A stretch of DNA of 64,000 bases. It comes from Tricharina praecox (lineage: Eukaryota). Both the position numbers and the translations under genes were made by a program. This document shows positions 52,563-64,000 of the stretch, in pieces (positions within the stretch are counted from its first letter, which is position 1; each line of letters opens with the position of its first letter). The notes beneath the pieces are model-generated. The model searched no databases. It saw only the letters and a program-made list of their open reading frames with translations, and was not told where the DNA came from. The stretch is taken from the NCBI RefSeq assembly GCF_024521635.1, contig NW_026250418.1, positions 620,001 through 684,000 of the forward strand. Reading direction: 5' to 3'.

Positions 52563-55500
52563 CTAACTACCTAGCCCTCTTCGTTGGTTCGAGTCCCAAC
52601 TGTAAACTGACTACATATCATACCATACCTTCAGCACGTCTCGCCGGATGTTCACATTCCACCGGCAAACTTACTATTAATGTCAAGGGATATCTTCGGG
52701 TGGGAAGCTGTGACCTGTGCTATTGATAGGTTCCGACGGCGGGGAGATCTGAAGAAGACATACCAACCAAAATCGACCGGACAATCATGCGATCTCACTC
52801 TTACTCCAGCAGGGTGGAGAAAAAGCGGGACCCACGACGGCGGCCACGAGGATGCTCCAACAGTTGCGGATGAGTGGAGAGGTCGATTTGGAATACCGGT
52901 AGTGACAGAGCGTCTTTTGGGTACCAGTATGTACATACGTCAAGCAACAAATCCGGCACGTATCGCTATCGAGTCAAGTCGAGTCAAGTCGAGTGGAGTC
53001 AAGTCGAGTCGAGTGGAGCTACGCAAAGTCCAACATCTAACATCCAACGTTCATACTCTATCTGGCGTCCTCCAGGCTCCAGGTCGGCCGCAAGGCGTGA
53101 GCTTCATGATTCATGATTCATCCATCAAACCGTAAACGTTCCGTTGCACCGTGCACGTGAGACTCCGCGTGCACTGTAGAAGTCTCGGATTATCATCGGC
53201 TTTCCCTGCCGGAGATCTGGGCCTTGGGGCCTGGGCATACTGGTAGCTTTTGGATGCGGGCCATGTGGGCTATTTGGGCCTTGCGAGCCATGCGGGCTTT
53301 GCGGGGAGATGTTGGCTGGGGTAGCTACTTAGCTTTACCTACATGGTAGGAAGATCCAACCAGGTTTTGGGTGTTGCCTAGCATAACTAGCAGTGACGTC
53401 CGCATGTCTGTGGCTGTGGGGGAGTTCACGGATACTGCTGCCTATGTGCCTTATCGGTATGCCCATTACACACTGACTCCTAAGGCTCAGACAGTGCTGA
53501 CTGCTCGCGGGGATTTGCTAGTATGTGTTTCTTCACCGATCACACCACTCTATCATAGGTATCCTAGGTAGTCCAGTTCGGCTTACATACCGACGGCGAA
53601 AAAGCAAGACACGGGGAAATACGGTATGTATTTATGTACCCTTTCGTTGGCCGGATCGATTCCTGGGAGAATATCCTCCCCCGCAGTACCGTAGGTACAT
53701 AATCCCCGCAGAACTCCGCCACGGTCAGCTACCTACTACCTAGTACACACAAGGCTTCATAGCCAGCCAGTACGTACCCAAGTATGTATCTCACCATCTC
53801 GCCGTATCGCCGTATCATCATCCTCCATCCTCCAGGCTCCAGGCTCCGGGTTCAATCTTCCAGAATTCCCGGTTTCAGCGCCGTTTCGACGAGACGATGA
53901 TCTCCCCGCTCCGCCCCCCCCCTCCCCACCCCGATGACCCCCCGACGACCCCACAAACTTCAAGGACCAGGTGTGCTGGTGCAGTTGCAGTGACTGATTG
54001 GAAGTAAAGTGACGAGTCGTTTGGGTTGGTGGTTGGTTGGTGGTTGGTGGTTGGTGATTTGTGGTTGGTTTGTTGCGTTGCGTTGGTTGCGACATCCGTT
54101 CGTCCGCTGACTCGCTGAGGAGGACCGTACCGGTACATGCCGTACATACCGTATTCTGGGAATCTGGGGTCCGCCCTGGTTTCGATGGAGCACTCTTCCG
54201 GGGAAGGGGATTCGCGGCTGTGGGACTGTGGGACTGGGATGGTTCGAGTGGGATTAGCAGATGGATTATGGCCCCAGACGAGGCTGTGAGGCTTCCAGTG
54301 CTTATGTACATACGAGTCTCGCTCCACCTATTTCGTTTTCCTCTCGAGTCTTGAATCTCACGGCCGCAGGGATGCCGCGGAAGAACTCTCCGCTATTTCT
54401 CCGTGTACGGATTTGTCGCGTGCTTTGCTTTTGATCCTTCCCTTTGCGGTGGTGAAATTGCTTCCACGTCAGGGAAACCGGACAAGGTGTGCCTAAGTAT
54501 ATGTGCATAGCATATCCATCGGGCCGAGGAGCATACTGTATATGTAGGGACCGCAGCATTGGAAGATCACGCGGTTGCCTGTAGCTTGTAGGTTTCTGAC
54601 CGAGTGCTATTACGTGTTTCCATCGATACGTCCTCTACTCCTAGATCCTGTGCGACCATCATTACGGCCACGCGGATGGCCCCGGAAGTTAGCAAAGCAA
54701 TAAAACGTGCTCATCCCATGCTAGGTACATACTCTCCATAACCAGCGCTGGTGGGGGCGGTGGGGATGGGCAGTCCCCCTTCTCGAATTGCCCCAACCCC
54801 ACCCACCCCCAGGACCATCCCCCGGAAAGCTCGAGCCATGGTCGGATCATCATAACCTCTAGTCAGGTAACTACTCGGCGGTGCAGTTTTGGATAGAGAT
54901 ATCGCCAGAAAATGGTGCTCCCACGAATACCGGTATGTACTATCGCGCGGAGTTACTACGGGCCGACGGGGGCTATATCATAGTATAATCCAGGGGGTAT
55001 ATTGCGAAACGAGATGAACCCCCGAGCGGCGAGCGCAAGCGTTTATACCGTGCTGATGCGTGCGCACGTCAACGGTCGAACTGAACTGGGATACTGGGTT
55101 GGCAAGTATCCGACGATAGACAGGATACGATGCGTGGTGTGTGATATGCGTGGTATATCCGTGGTATATGCCAAACGAGCTCGTTTCGTTTCGCTTCTGG
55201 GATGGATGGCGCTTGCTTTTGTTTTGTTTTTTTTGTCTTTTGTCTTTTGTCTATGTAATGTTTCGTCACGCAAGCACACACGCACTCTGTCTGCGGTGGA
55301 GTAGGACGTGATGCGTGATGCGAGTGTGTCTTTCCTTCTTCCTCTTCGTCTTCCTCTTCTTGGGTGGGCGTCGGATTTTGCTTTTGACGGAACCGACGGA
55401 ACCGACGGGACCGACCGACCGACCGGGCGAAAATCGGTTCGACATGTGGTCTGTGACTCTGTTCGGCGGGGGGCGGGGGCTTCCTCGCTCGGACTCTTCA

Positions 55501-56322
55501 GGGATAGCTTCTCGCGCTACATATCACACATCCCGACGGCCGGTTGGAGCCACGGTTACCGACGATTCTAGAGGACTTCGAGAACATCGCACCGGAGAAT
55601 TCCATGAAGCCTGTAAATCAGGTACATCTCTACCATATGGTGCCAGGCCACGCCTCATCCCAGGCCATGCGATTCCATGGAGGCCCCCACCCCCCCACCC
55701 CTCCACCCCCTCACCCCTCCATTCCCCCGGTACATATGATCCGAAATTAAGCAGAGGAAACTCAGCACGCTACTACTTGTTATTAGAGTGGGATGAGCGA
55801 GGGAAAGTCATCCATCCATCCATCCACTCAACTGGCCCATCCTTCGACATCACGATATGCATGTTAATCAGAGAAGAGTGTCCACCCGACACCCCTGTTC
55901 GCCGCTAATTCCCCATGCCACTGGAATGCGCGGGCACACTGGCTTTGGCTGGCACTGGTACGGTACTGGTACGGTACTGGCTCTGGCTCTGGCTGGCTGG
56001 CACGGGCACTGCCCTTTCCCTTCTCTACCTTTCGACAGGAGAATAGGAAGAAACGGCGAAAGGCTCAGGGGCGCTCGATTCCTCTGCTGCGGCCTGCCTG
56101 CCTGCCCTGCCTTATGCTCTTCCCTCCCCCGTTAGCCGTGGCAACTCTCACCCCCGATATATACATACGACTAGGTAGCCCGTCGCCGTCAACAGCTTCG
56201 TAAACGCTCTCCCTCGGACGTGTACGATACCCACCCAGCAGCAGTACTCCCGCCCGCCAGACTGCCCAGTCCATCCAGCCCAGCCCAGTCCAGTCCAGTC
56301 CGAACGATCCGATCCGCCCATC

Positions 56323-57670
56323 ATGAACCTCATGACCATCCCGACGGCCGAAGTGGAACACGATCTCGGCCAGCAAATCGAAGTCGACGAGGCCGTCATC
56401 TCGCGTACGTTCGGAAGCCATCTCGAAAAAAAAGAAAAAGGAACGTTGGCTAAGCAGGCTGTAACGTGCTGCAGGGTTACCAGCGGGGGCACAGATCCTC
56501 AGCGCATCACGCCACGGCTCCGACCGGTGGGCGCGGTCAGCCAAGCTGGTCGCAAAGCTGCCCGACGGCAGCGTGCGGCCATATCTCCTGCGGGTATATA
56601 CACTACACACCATTCCCTCGACGCCGGCACCATCCCCGCAGCAGCCGTGAAGACTGACCACCCCGGCGCGCGCGCAGGGCTCCGCCGGCGAATCCGGCAA
56701 ACAGATGATGCGGGGCGAATACGAGTCGCTCAGCGCGATCCACAGCGTGGTGCCCACGTTCTGCCCTCGGCCGATCAGCTGGGGCGCCTTCAAGACGAAG
56801 CCGAACACGTACTACAGCCTCTGCGTGTACCACGAGCGGACGTCTGGTCCTTCGGACGCCGCAGCGTTCTGCAGCATGCTCGCGCGCCTGCACGTGCGCT
56901 CGCGCGCCCCCGACAACCGCTTCGGCTTCCCCGTCGCCACGTTTTTCGGAGAGGTCCTCAACGAGAAGATGGCCTGCGAGTCCTGGGAGGAGTGCTTTAC
57001 CGCGTGTCTGAGACACATGCTCGCGCTCGACGAGGAGATCAATGGTGTTGATGACACGCTGGTCGCGCTGCGCGAGGAGCTGATCGCCCGCGTTGTGCCC
57101 CGGCTGCTGCGGCCGCTCGAGTCGGGTGGGAGGAGGATCAAGCCCGCGCTGATTCATGGCGACCTGTGTGCGGCGAATGCGGGCGCCGCGGATAGCGCCG
57201 ATGGCGTGGGAAGCAATGCGATGGTGTGGCGTCCCGCGGCGCTGTTCGCACATAACGAGTTTGAGCTGGGACACTGGCGCGCGGTGCGCAACGGGTTCGA
57301 CAGCAGGTTCCTGCGGGCGTATCTCAAGCTCGTGCCCATCAGCGAGCCGAAGCAGGATTTTGAGGACCGGAATGCCCTCTACGCCCTAAGATATGTCATT
57401 GCGTGCTCGATACGATACCCCGGAAGTGCGAAATACCGCCAGGCGATCGTCGAGGAGATGGGATCGCTCGTTGGGAGGTTCTCGCCGGGGCCGGAGATCG
57501 GACTAAGCCCGGGATACGTCGAGGAGAAAGAACAGGAGGGTAGGGACGAGGCTGCCGTGTTTGCTAGTCCTGGGGTGCACTCGATGAAGGTCGTTAGGAG
57601 TAATAGCACTACGACGAGGGGGAAGCATAATTATAAGCCGCCAATTGGCGGGAAACTGGTGAAGCGGTGA
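56323..57670 (+). CDS. Fructosamine-3-kinase / ribulosamine kinase family protein with degenerate active site (3 exons)
   Basis: Introns 56405-56474 and 56594-56677 give VDEAVISRLPAGAQILSASRHGSDRWARSAKLVAKLPDGSVRPYLLR|GSAGESGKQMMRGEYES; RFGFPVATF; VVPRLLRPLESGGRRIKPALIHGDL; AHNEFELG; FEDRNALYALR. Confidence 0.88.
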
Positions 57671-59148
57671 CGAGTGGTGGGTGCTGGTGGTGGTGGGGGT
57701 GGGCTGGGGGACCGGATGCTGCTGGCGGCAGTGCAATACAATACCTTGGGCAATGGGCATTTCAGCGGGCGTTTCTATTTCGTATCTACAAGGGTTAATA
57801 CATGGCAGAAAGTGCAAGTTTGAGTCTTGACGGACGGGAGAGTACTTACAGAATTCCGAGGAGGTGGATCTGAAGAACCAGTGCAGCAGGGAGGTCCCAC
57901 TCCCGAGGGAGGGGAAAACGTTCGAATATATCGCATTCCGACCCGAAGCTCTGCACACACATCTCCATCTCCATCGCAAAGTCCGTTTTCAGCCTAATTC
58001 CGCACTGCCGTCTGCCCCTCCCTCCTCGTCTCTTTCATGGAGACGGCTGGTTAGTGCCTGGGCATGCTGAAGTGCCGGTATGCATAACTAGGAACGGACG
58101 GGATTTGCCGTGGCGAGCGAATCTGCCGATTGAGGTGTGTAGAGTAAGTACGAAACGAAGGGCATGTTTGTTTGCTACGGACTTTTTCTTTCTCTTCTTT
58201 GGCGGGCACGCCTGGTATTGACGGAAGCTGCAAGACGATGGATGGATGGACATGAGCTGTGATTTAATCTCTTCTCTGCTGCTATGTACATGCGTCTGGG
58301 AAATAGTTGTGTTTGTTTAGAAGCTGATCTTCGGTAGACCGTAGGCCCCCCCATATGCCATATGGTGACAAAATTCCAGTCCGAGGTGGTACTACCCACT
58401 GCGGTTCCTTTTCCGACCCGGCGTTTGCTTCCCGTGCATTCCCTACATACATATTTCCCCGCCGGAATCCGGATGCTGCAGGCTGTTTGCTCGCGGATAT
58501 GCATATGATTTTTCCTCGTGCATATCGTAGGCTGGCCGCTGGTATCGCATACCTATGTCGCATATGCACATGCCTACGCCCCACCCACACACCACTGTTA
58601 TGTATGTACCCCATAGCTGTGCGGTATGGCATGGGCTTTGAATATCGCATATTGCAGATTCGGCTCCGTATGTATTGTATGTACGGGAGCTTCCAGAGAG
58701 TTCGCATCTAGTTATTGGAATTTGGTGCAATCAACAATTGCCTTTGCCTTTGCCTTTGCCTTTTCACATCGATGTGAGATGTGCAGACATGTCCGGAATT
58801 GATTGTACGCTTTTTTGCAGTACAAACTTGAAGATGAAGGGAGATGAAGGGAGACGGGATGGGGGATGGAAGGGGAGATACTGGTGGTGGGATGTAGGGA
58901 TAGTATTGCCGGTACATGTCCACCTCCACCTCCCCCGCCCATTAATTAGAGTACCTATCTTGCCTTCACGTCCACGTCCCGAGTTCTCACCACCACCTCC
59001 TTCACCACCAGCCCGAACTTTACTCCCGTACCTACTCCATCTTTCATTTCCTCCTATCCCCTTCCCACCTCTCCTTCCCACCTCTCCTTCCCACCTCTCC
59101 TTCCCACCTCTCCTTCCCACCTCTCCTTTCCATCTGAACACCTCAAGC

Positions 59149-61872
59149 ATGAACACCGAGTGTATAACTCTTTCCTCGGACGATGACCTAGACGAGGACA
59201 CCGCACGTCCGACCCCAGTGTGGGGCCCAGTGTGGATGAAGAAATCCCGGTCCTCTTCGGCGTCGCCAATGCTGGGACATAGTGCGAGGTTTTTGCCGGG
59301 TCCTCTGGAAATTCCGTTGGAGATTCCGTTGGAGATTCCGTTGGAGATTCCGCTGGAAATTCCGCTGGAGGTTCCGCTCGAGGTTCCGCTGGAAATTCCG
59401 CTCGAGGTTCCGCTGGAAATTCCGCTGGAAATTCCGCTGGAGGTTGCAGAGGAGGTTGCTACATCGGGACCGGGATCGGGGACAGTCGAGGCTGAAGCCG
59501 AAGCCAGGGCCGAAGCTAGAGCGCCAGTTGCTGCGATGTTGGGTGTTCCGGCTGCGATGCAGGTTGAACTGCCAGAAGCAGTGTCAGTGCCGGTGCCAAC
59601 TGCAGCTCTGGTCGAGTTGTCAGCTCCCGTACTGGCTGAATCAACAACAGCCCCGGAACTGTCGGATCCCGCGTCAGCTTCGGCCACGGTGTCGCCTGAA
59701 CCCGCCATGCCAGGAGGTGGAGTTCCAGGAGTTCCAGTGCTCGCAGCGCCAGTCATGATGGAGACCGAGATCGTCAATATTCTCCCAGCACCGCCTCTTG
59801 CCGTAGACGATTTGGCCCTTGTTACTAGAGCTGTGACGCCTCATCCGGTCGAAATGCCAGGTGCCATACCGGCCGTCGTTCCTGTTACAACGCCGAAATC
59901 TCCGGTATTAACTTCGGTACCGGTCGTGAAGACTTGTAACGTCCTTGCTGCGCTGCAGCCGGGGAAAGAAGACGCTGAAGTTATCACAGTCCCGGCCTCG
60001 GTAGATCTGGCCCCAAAAACTCCGGCTCTGGTAGCTCTGGTACCGACAGCTCTAGCATCTGCAACTAAATCGGAGCCCTCGGCCCCGAGGATTCAAGATT
60101 CGGCCCAGAACGGACATCATACACCCACTACGCCTCCCTCCGCAGATGTAGCATCCCCAGTCGCTGTAGCTTCGGCTTCGGCCACTCCTTCCCAGAATGC
60201 CATCACATCTGCTGCTCCTCGATCCCCTACTCCACCTTCCGACGCTCGGCCCAAACAGTCCATCGACGCGAGAACACAGCCCGGCACGCCCAAGCCCGCC
60301 CACACCCGGCCCATTGCAGCATCTACCTCCATAGCTCCAGTCACACCCACATGTCTCACCAGAACCAGAACCAAAACGCTACCTCCACCGCCTCCACCGC
60401 CTCCATCTCCTGCCACACCCCGCGGCGAGAACCCCGTAATCTTCATCGACCGGCTCCTCCGAGCGTTCAGCAACGAAGTCGGCGAGACGACCGCCGGGAC
60501 CACCGGCAAGGCGCACAAGTTCCAGCTCGCGCTGAAAAAAGAAATGGAGAGCTTCTCGGCGTGTCTATCGACCACGTGCCCGCACCTGCTGGTTCTGCCC
60601 TCGCCCGCTGCCGAAGACGAGGAGCTTAAGTTGTGGCAGACGTTTATCCGCCCACAGAGCACGCAGAGCACACAGGGCGCGCTGTTCGGCGATGTAAAGA
60701 GGAAGCGCGAGGTTACGCCGACGATGACGATGACGCCCCTGAGAGGCGAGGTTACGCCGCAAAGTGCCAGTAGGAAACGCAACGTCGCGTTTGTGGATAT
60801 GACCAACGCCTCGTGGTCGGGCAAGGATATGTCCAGCGTTAGCAAGCGGTTGAAGGCCGCTGCTACTACTACTACTCCGTCGACGGCTACTTCGAGGGTT
60901 AATAAACGGTCGAAGGCCACTGCTACTACTACTACTACTAGTACTCCTTCAACGCCCGCCTTCCCTCCGCGAGGTCAGTGCCCACCGCCCAAAATCTCCG
61001 TCGTCAACTAATCACCGCAGACCGGCCCGCAAGCGCATACACGCTGCCACACCTGTGCCAAATAATCGAGAGCGTGTCCACCGGCGGGCTACCGAACCAA
61101 GTCTCACCTGACGCCGTCCGATCAATAATCCTGACCTCGCTCTCATCATGGAGCACCAAATTCCAGCAATTCACTAGCACGCTCTCCACGCTCGTCCGCG
61201 AAATGCTCCAGAGCGCCTTCACCGCGCACTTCCGCTGCTACACACATACGCCACTATTCTCGCGTGTACAATCCGTTCTCTCCTTGTTCCTCACCCGGTG
61301 CTTCAACAGCACACACATGCACCTGGCGCGGCTCCTCGCGCTGGAACAGCGCAACGTGCGCACATCCCTCGCGCCCGCGGCGTTCCGCAGCATCGTGGCG
61401 GAGACGCGCGCGGGGCTCGCCGAGAAGCGGCGGGCGAATCTCGAGGCGCAGTTTCCGCGCCGGCAGAGGGGGATGGCGGCGCCAATACCGGCTACTGAGA
61501 GGTTCGCGAGGGAACTCGAGGTCCTGGCGGAGGCGGAGGCGTATCATGGCGTTGTTTGTGGGAGGTTTGTGGATTACCTCGGATTGTTTGTGGTAGGCGA
61601 GTTGCTTGAGGAGGTGAAAGGGGGCGTTATGGACGCGCTTAGAGATGGGCTTGGAGTGGATGCCGTGGATGGTAGGTTACTCCTGGAGAATGGGGATGGA
61701 TTGGGGTGGAGTGGAGTGGTTGCTGACTGGTAACTGGGCGATAGCCGATGAAACCTGCAGAGCTCTGCTGAAACAGGTTGGGTCTGCTGCCGTGCTGGAG
61801 CCGCTGACGCCGATGCAGACGCCGCTGAGAGGGCGGCATAAGGCGATCAAGGAAGAGGCTGATGAGGATTAG
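59149..61872 (+). CDS. Low-complexity protein with C-terminal dynamin-family stalk/GED-like region and no GTPase domain (3 exons)
   Basis: Introns 60974-61020 and ~61672-61744 keep the frame. Segments IIESVSTGGLPNQVSPDAVRSII..W, FRCYTHTPLF, ELEVLAEAEAYHGVVCGRFVDYL and GLGVDAVDADETCRALL resemble the fungal dynamin/Mx-like middle and GED domains. No G1 P-loop is present. Confidence 0.65.
59302..59445 (+). repeat. 12-bp coding tandem repeat (PLEI/PLEV x ~12)
   Basis: ccgytsgarrtt units in tandem. Confidence 0.9.
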
Positions 61873-62162
61873 CGGGTGGCATTTAGGCTCTTGGTTTGGT
61901 TTGGTTGGGTCTTTTTGGGGGGTTTTATTGCGGTATATCTATTGCTTTTTGAGTTCTGTATGGGCTGTGATGCAAGGCGATATATTATCTGGTGTTGATT
62001 GAATGGCAGTTTCCATTGATGGGCTGTTGACGTCGGGGTATGGTAGTTGTGCTGGGGGTCTTTGGGATCATTATATATCACTCTCCACGTTTCTACTTTG
62101 GACGCGTGACAAGTCGTGACTCGCGAGGATTTGCAGCCCAACTGAAGGATGTATATTCACCG

Positions 62163-62284
62163 ATTCCTTCCATTCCTTCCATTCCTTCCATTCCTTCCAT
62201 TCCTTCCATTCCTTCCATTCCTTCCATTCCTTCCATTCCTTCCATTCCTTCCATTCCTTCCATTCCTTCCATTCCTTCCATTCC
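62163..62284. repeat. (ATTCCTTCC)13 perfect minisatellite between convergent 3' ends
   Basis: 13 exact 9-bp copies plus a partial copy. Confidence 0.95.
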
Positions 62285-62600
62285 CAGCCTCCAGGTAGTA
62301 CGCAGCGCAACCACAACAGAAGTACCCGGACAGAGTAAAGTAAGTTAAGACAAGTTGAAGAAATCAAAAAGTAGTAGTAGTCAACACGAAGTAAGTTAAT
62401 CAAGACAGCAAAAAAAAAGACTCGATACCAACAACAATACCAGCAACAGAAACACACACAGAAGGGGCAAAAAAAGAGTACAAAACGCCAGTCCAGTCCC
62501 CCATCGCGCGCCAACCAACCAACCATCCATCCTACACAGCCCCAGCCACGCAACACACAACCCACACAATGCAAAACGCGCAGTACATACATACACCATA

Positions 62601-64000
62601 CTACATGATCCTCGCGAGCCTATTGATGCCGGCACACCACAAGAGCAGAGTAGGCACGCCAGCGCTTCCGGCGACGAACTGTCCCAGCACGCCCAGTCCG
62701 CGCCAGACCTCAATCACCTCCCTAAGCACCGCCGCGTTCCCCTCGACAGCAGATACAGCGACAACAACGCTCCAGCCGTCGCCCTCGGCGCCGCCGTCGT
62801 GCCGCAGTAGCAGCCCCGTGGGTCGGTACTTGAGTTTTTTCTCTAGCTCGCCGCGCGGGCGCAGAGTGTGCGCGAGCACTACCCCCCAGCTCTCGTCGAC
62901 CGCGTCGATAAGTACTGCGTCCGGGTCGAGGTCGTTGGATGGGTCGGGACCGCCGGGCGTGTTGGCTGATGCCTCGGGCGAGAGCATCGACGAGGGCCCC
63001 GGGGTGGTGACGACCGGGGGTGTGGATATGTTGCCGAATACTGGGGGCGTTGAGATGTTGCCGGCGGGCGTGGACATGGCGCCGATGGGTGGGGTGGAGG
63101 TGTTACCGGTCGCAGAATTGATGTGTTGGTTTTCTGGGAGGGACGGATCGTCTTTGGGATCGAGCACCTCTTCGGGGGAGAAGTCTTGGATCCGCAGCGG
63201 AGAAGAGATGTCTGCAGCGAGCAGGTAGATGGCGGACACTCGCTCGTGCGTCTCAACGAGCGTCTGCCACGTCTCTATCTCGTCCTCGGGCATGGTGGTG
63301 CTGCAGACTTTGGTGAAGCATAGGCGCCATTTGACGGCGGGGTACTTGATGAGTTCGACAGTTGTATCCCAGATCTCGTGCATGACTTCCTCGAAAGGGC
63401 GGAGAAAGCCGGCGGTGCTTCGCCGCGCGAGGTTGATGATCGCCGTTTTCTGGACCGACCCGGTGTTATCGCTCCACGCTGCTGCTACCCATCGCTCATC
63501 TGTGCTCTGCGAATAGGCGATATGTAGTAATTGGTTCTCCTTGAGCAATGCCGGACTAGGATCGGACGTCTGCCGAAACTCGATGTTCTTGGGGATAGGC
63601 CGGGCCACCTGAATTGGAAGCGAGGTCAGGCGCTTCGCTTCTTCGAAGCCCAGGTCCGGGTCCGTAGGAATGCACCGCGAGTAGACCTCCACCGCCAAAC
63701 GATGAGCAACGCCCACCCTCATGACAGCACCGAGTTTATGTGCCACAAATCCAGCAGGCACAACCTGCAATACCAGTTGATTCGGCAGAGCATCCGGAAA
63801 CGTAGCGATGCTGGCCTCGTACAGCCGCTGCATGCGGATGAAGCTAGTGCAGATATCGACGAGTGACGATGGGTGATCAAACGGATTGATGACGTAGATC
63901 ACTATGTTCACCCCCTCGTCGCCAACAGCATGTGCAAGCGCTTGTCCGAATCCTTCAAGATGGCCCTGGATCGCCTTCATGCCGAGTTCGTAGGTTCGCG
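62601..64000 (-). CDS. MED13: Mediator kinase-module subunit Med13 (Ssn2/Srb9), 3' part; runs off the window
   Basis: Med13 C-terminal motifs IVIYVINPF, LVLQVVP, LAVEVYSRC, LHIAYSQSTDERWVAAAWSDNTG, IWDTTVELI. The frame is open to the window edge. Confidence 0.9.
   Translation of the reverse strand, partial: RTYELGMKAIQGHLEGFGQALAHAVGDEGVNIVIYVINPFDHPSSLVDICTSFIRMQRLYEASIATFPDALPNQLVLQVVPAGFVAHKLGAVMRVGVAHRLAVEVYSRCIPTDPDLGFEEAKRLTSLPIQVARPIPKNIEFRQTSDPSPALLKENQLLHIAYSQSTDERWVAAAWSDNTGSVQKTAIINLARRSTAGFLRPFEEVMHEIWDTTVELIKYPAVKWRLCFTKVCSTTMPEDEIETWQTLVETHERVSAIYLLAADISSPLRIQDFSPEEVLDPKDDPSLPENQHINSATGNTSTPPIGAMSTPAGNISTPPVFGNISTPPVVTTPGPSSMLSPEASANTPGGPDPSNDLDPDAVLIDAVDESWGVVLAHTLRPRGELEKKLKYRPTGLLLRHDGGAEGDGWSVVVAVSAVEGNAAVLREVIEVWRGLGVLGQFVAGSAGVPTLLLWCAGINRLARIM

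Noticed and set aside
58675..59148. N-terminal 158 aa of the 778-aa ORF
   Set aside because: Starts at a non-ATG codon and is pyrimidine-rich 5' UTR/promoter-like sequence; the ATG at 59149 is the more plausible start.
62040..62592. ORFs with PSI/WKE/GME repeats
   Set aside because: Translations of the non-coding 9-bp minisatellite.

Overview
Eukaryotic genomic DNA from a filamentous ascomycete (Pezizomycotina; short GT-AG introns, mostly 45-90 nt, with CTRAY branch points). About 19 protein-coding loci were reconstructed by eye. Housekeeping genes: ataxin-10/Ctr86, Emp65/TAPT1, Kch1, a histidine phosphatase, an AZUL-HECT E3 ligase, a Pep12/Vam3-type syntaxin, SEC17, proteasome alpha-7, translin and the 3' end of MED13. 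Others: a GNAT, a secreted GH-like protein, an F-box protein, a GT32, a P450 and a conserved hypothetical protein. Most unusual items: (1) an 8-exon gene that splices a PTH11-like/fungal-rhodopsin 7-TM domain in frame to a FucP-type MFS sugar transporter (candidate transceptor), next to a secreted glycoside-hydrolase-like gene; (2) a dynamin-family stalk+GED protein whose GTPase domain is replaced by a low-complexity region; (3) a fructosamine-3-kinase homolog that has lost ATP/Mg-binding residues; (4) an ~850-bp degenerate palindrome just 3' of translin; (5) a decaying polyubiquitin paralog and a PIF/Harbinger-like MITE. All family calls rest on motif recognition without database searches, and exon boundaries are manual predictions.
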